Shown here: positions 61,838 through 64,000 of the stretch, piece by piece
How positions within the stretch are numbered: position 1 is the stretch's first letter
Layout: every line of letters starts with the position of its first letter
Source of the DNA: Actinomycetes bacterium
Lineage (GTDB): Bacteria; Actinomycetota; Actinomycetes; Actinomycetales; Demequinaceae
Length of the DNA stretch: 64,000 nucleotides
Direction: 5' to 3'
Assembly (NCBI GenBank): GCA_023442845.1
Contig: JAEZXC010000066.1
Coordinates: 499-64,498 of the forward strand
Position numbers and translations under genes: made by a program
Notes under the pieces: generated by a model
What the model was told of the DNA's origin: nothing
The model's database searches: none
What the model saw: only the letters and a program-made list of their open reading frames with translations

Positions 61838-64000
61838 GTGGAGTTCGACACCCTCGCCGAAACAGGCGAGAGGGGGAAGAGCGACCCACACGTCGCGACG
61901 ACCCCCGCCATAGATAGCAAGAGCGACGGATCCGTACCGGATCCGACGCCAAAAGCCGCACCCACACCGCAACCAAAGCGGCGACGCCGGCAGTGGGGTG
62001 CAGAAAAGCCACGCCCGGCCTTGCCGATGCGCGAGAAGCCAGCTGCGACGTCGGCCACATGGCTCGGCGGCCTCGCCATGGCCGTCACAGTCGTCGCGTG
62101 GGCGACTTACATCGTCCAGGTAACCGTGTCGCGCTTCATTGACGACGGCTTCAGTGATAGCCGGCTCGTCATCGAGACCATTCTTTACGCCGGGATCATG
62201 ACGCTGCTGTTGCTCTCGGCGCTCATGTACCTCCTTGCTCGTCAAGGCGCGCTTTATCGCTCCCGTAGTCACGTCCGCGTACCGCGCGCCGAGATCGATG
62301 CACACATGGGCGACGCACGCCCGTCGATGACCGTATTGGTGCCCTCGTACGCGGAAGAGCCGTCCGTTGTGCGCTCGACGCTCATGTCGGCCGCCTTGCA
62401 GGAGTACCCGGGCATCCACATCGTTTTGCTTATTGACGACCCGCAGAATCCCACGACGGAAGCGGCCCGCAAGAGCCTCGAAGGCTGCCGGGCACTCCCG
62501 GATGAGATTGAGGCGCTGTTGCGTGAGCCCTACCAGCGCTTTGCCGCCTCACTTGAGATTCATGAAGCGGCGGCGGCTCGTGGGGGTGCGAGTACGGCCG
62601 ACGATGTGCGTGGGCTCGCGCTTGACTTCCGGTGGGCGGCGGCATGGTTGCGCGAACAGGCCGAGGCGTATCCGCGCTACAACCATGCCGACGATTTCTT
62701 CGTCAACGAGGTGTACATCGCCCTTGCGAAGGACTTTGAGACGACAGCGGGAGCTTTGTTTGGCGCCCTTGACGAGGGGGCCAACGTGCCCGCTTCGCGC
62801 ATAGCGCAATTCTGCCGACGCCTTGTGTGGACATTTGACGCCACTCTCACCTCCTTTGAGCGCAAGGCGTACGCGCACTTGCCGCACGACGCGAACAAGG
62901 CGATGAACCTCAATGCGTATATCGGGCTCATGGGGAGCCGGAAACGCGCAGTTGAGACGCGTCTGGGTGTCGTGTTACGTGACGCGGGGGATGCTCAAGG
63001 GGACGACGTCATCGAGTTCCCGGACACTACCTATCTGCTGACGCTTGATGCTGACTCGGTGTTGCTTCGTGAGTACTGCTTGCGGCTCGTCCACCAACTT
63101 GAGTTGCCGGGGAATGAACGGATCGCGGTGATCCAAACGCCCTACTCAGCGTTCCGCGGCGCCGACACTCGTCTCGAGCGGATTGCCGGGGCAACCACCG
63201 ACATTCAGCACATCCTTCATCAAGGTCTGACGCACTTTGACGCCACGTTCTGGGTGGGCGCGAACGCCGTCATCCGGAAGGTGGCACTCAACGACATCGT
63301 CGAGACCACCTACGTGAAGGGTCAGCCGGTTCACCGTTACGTTCAAGACCGCACGGTCATTGAGGACACGGAATCGAGCATCGATCTTGTCGAGAATGGC
63401 TGGAGTCTGTACAACTACCCCGAGCGTCTCAGCTATAGCGCGACGCCACCGGACTATGGCTCTCTCGTCGTTCAGCGTGCGCGATGGGCAAATGGTGGCC
63501 TCCTCATTGCGCCGAAGTTTCTCCGCTACATCCGGCGGGAGCGCAAGGCAGGACGTCGGGTGCGTCGCTCCACGATTGCGTTGCGCATCAATTACATGGC
63601 GTCGATCTCGTGGGCCAGCTTTGGACTGTTGTTCCTCCTTGGCTACTGGTTCGACAGCCGCCTGCTGAGCCCCATCATTGTCGCGGCCGCACTGCCGTAC
63701 TTCCTCGCGATGGCGGCCGACTTCCGCCGCCTGGGATACAAGCGCAGCGATGTGTTCCGCGTGTACGCCTTCAACCTCATCCTCCTGCCCGTGAACCTGG
63801 CGGGAACATTGAAGTCGTTGCAGCAAGCGGCGGCGAAGTCGAAGATCGCATTTGCGCGCACACCCAAGGTGAAAGACCGCACTGCGACGCCAGCGCTCTA
63901 TGTGCTTTTTGCCTACCTCATTGCCGCGTTCTCGTTCTACACGCTCGCGTATTGCATTCGCGAGGAGAATTGGGCGAATGGTGCCTTCGCATTGTTCAAC
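61838..64000 (+). CDS. Cellulose-synthase-like processive GT2 glycosyltransferase (3'-truncated by window end; not in ORF track)
   Basis: AGGAG RBS + GTG 61838; two N-terminal TMs, VLVPSYAEE, IDD, NKAMNLN, DADS, QTP, FWVGA, IED, QRARW (63473-87), C-terminal TMs; all motifs in one frame. Confidence 0.9.
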   Translation, partial: MEFDTLAETGERGKSDPHVATTPAIDSKSDGSVPDPTPKAAPTPQPKRRRRQWGAEKPRPALPMREKPAATSATWLGGLAMAVTVVAWATYIVQVTVSRFIDDGFSDSRLVIETILYAGIMTLLLLSALMYLLARQGALYRSRSHVRVPRAEIDAHMGDARPSMTVLVPSYAEEPSVVRSTLMSAALQEYPGIHIVLLIDDPQNPTTEAARKSLEGCRALPDEIEALLREPYQRFAASLEIHEAAAARGGASTADDVRGLALDFRWAAAWLREQAEAYPRYNHADDFFVNEVYIALAKDFETTAGALFGALDEGANVPASRIAQFCRRLVWTFDATLTSFERKAYAHLPHDANKAMNLNAYIGLMGSRKRAVETRLGVVLRDAGDAQGDDVIEFPDTTYLLTLDADSVLLREYCLRLVHQLELPGNERIAVIQTPYSAFRGADTRLERIAGATTDIQHILHQGLTHFDATFWVGANAVIRKVALNDIVETTYVKGQPVHRYVQDRTVIEDTESSIDLVENGWSLYNYPERLSYSATPPDYGSLVVQRARWANGGLLIAPKFLRYIRRERKAGRRVRRSTIALRINYMASISWASFGLLFLLGYWFDSRLLSPIIVAAALPYFLAMAADFRRLGYKRSDVFRVYAFNLILLPVNLAGTLKSLQQAAAKSKIAFARTPKVKDRTATPALYVLFAYLIAAFSFYTLAYCIREENWANGAFALFN

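Noticed and set aside
61733..63882. Minus-strand ORFs offered by the track in the last 2.3 kb
   Set aside because: The real gene is the plus-strand GT2 starting at 61838
24750..64000. Horizontally acquired genomic island
   Set aside because: Content is core housekeeping genes and tRNAs in native synteny; no integrase, att site or transposase is visible

Overview
The window is almost entirely actinobacterial housekeeping DNA, but it does not read as one genome. Bases 1 to about 24,730 are the Corynebacterium-type locus ribD-like/aftC/msrB/hemQ-hemY-hemE/rnd/dut/cei/suhB/ppgK/sigA/helicase/dtd/sigB. Inside the second sigma-70 gene (about 24,726-24,800) the protein switches from SigB-type to HrdB/RpoD-type. 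The rest of the window (topoisomerase IV, sepH, suhB, dut, trkA x2, acnA, dxs, rnd, gnd, zapE, treYZ, 4 tRNAs, pabBC, GGDEF, GT2) is the orthologous region of a different, visibly more GC-rich actinobacterium (Micrococcales-like; taxon tentative). Six single-copy genes therefore occur twice in mirror order. The most likely explanation is an assembly chimera joined in conserved sigma region 2. The most interesting real biology is at the right end: a membrane diguanylate cyclase, a perfect CRP/GlxR box and a cellulose-synthase-like GT2 (absent from the ORF track, runs off the window) carrying a long insertion where plant CESA has its P-CR. Other points are the absence of dxs from its usual site in the Corynebacterium half, a KimA-like transporter lacking its K+-binding Asp, and a YciI gene translationally coupled to the primary sigma factor. 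No CRISPR array, prophage or IS element was found. All family calls come from motif and synteny recognition, not database searches.
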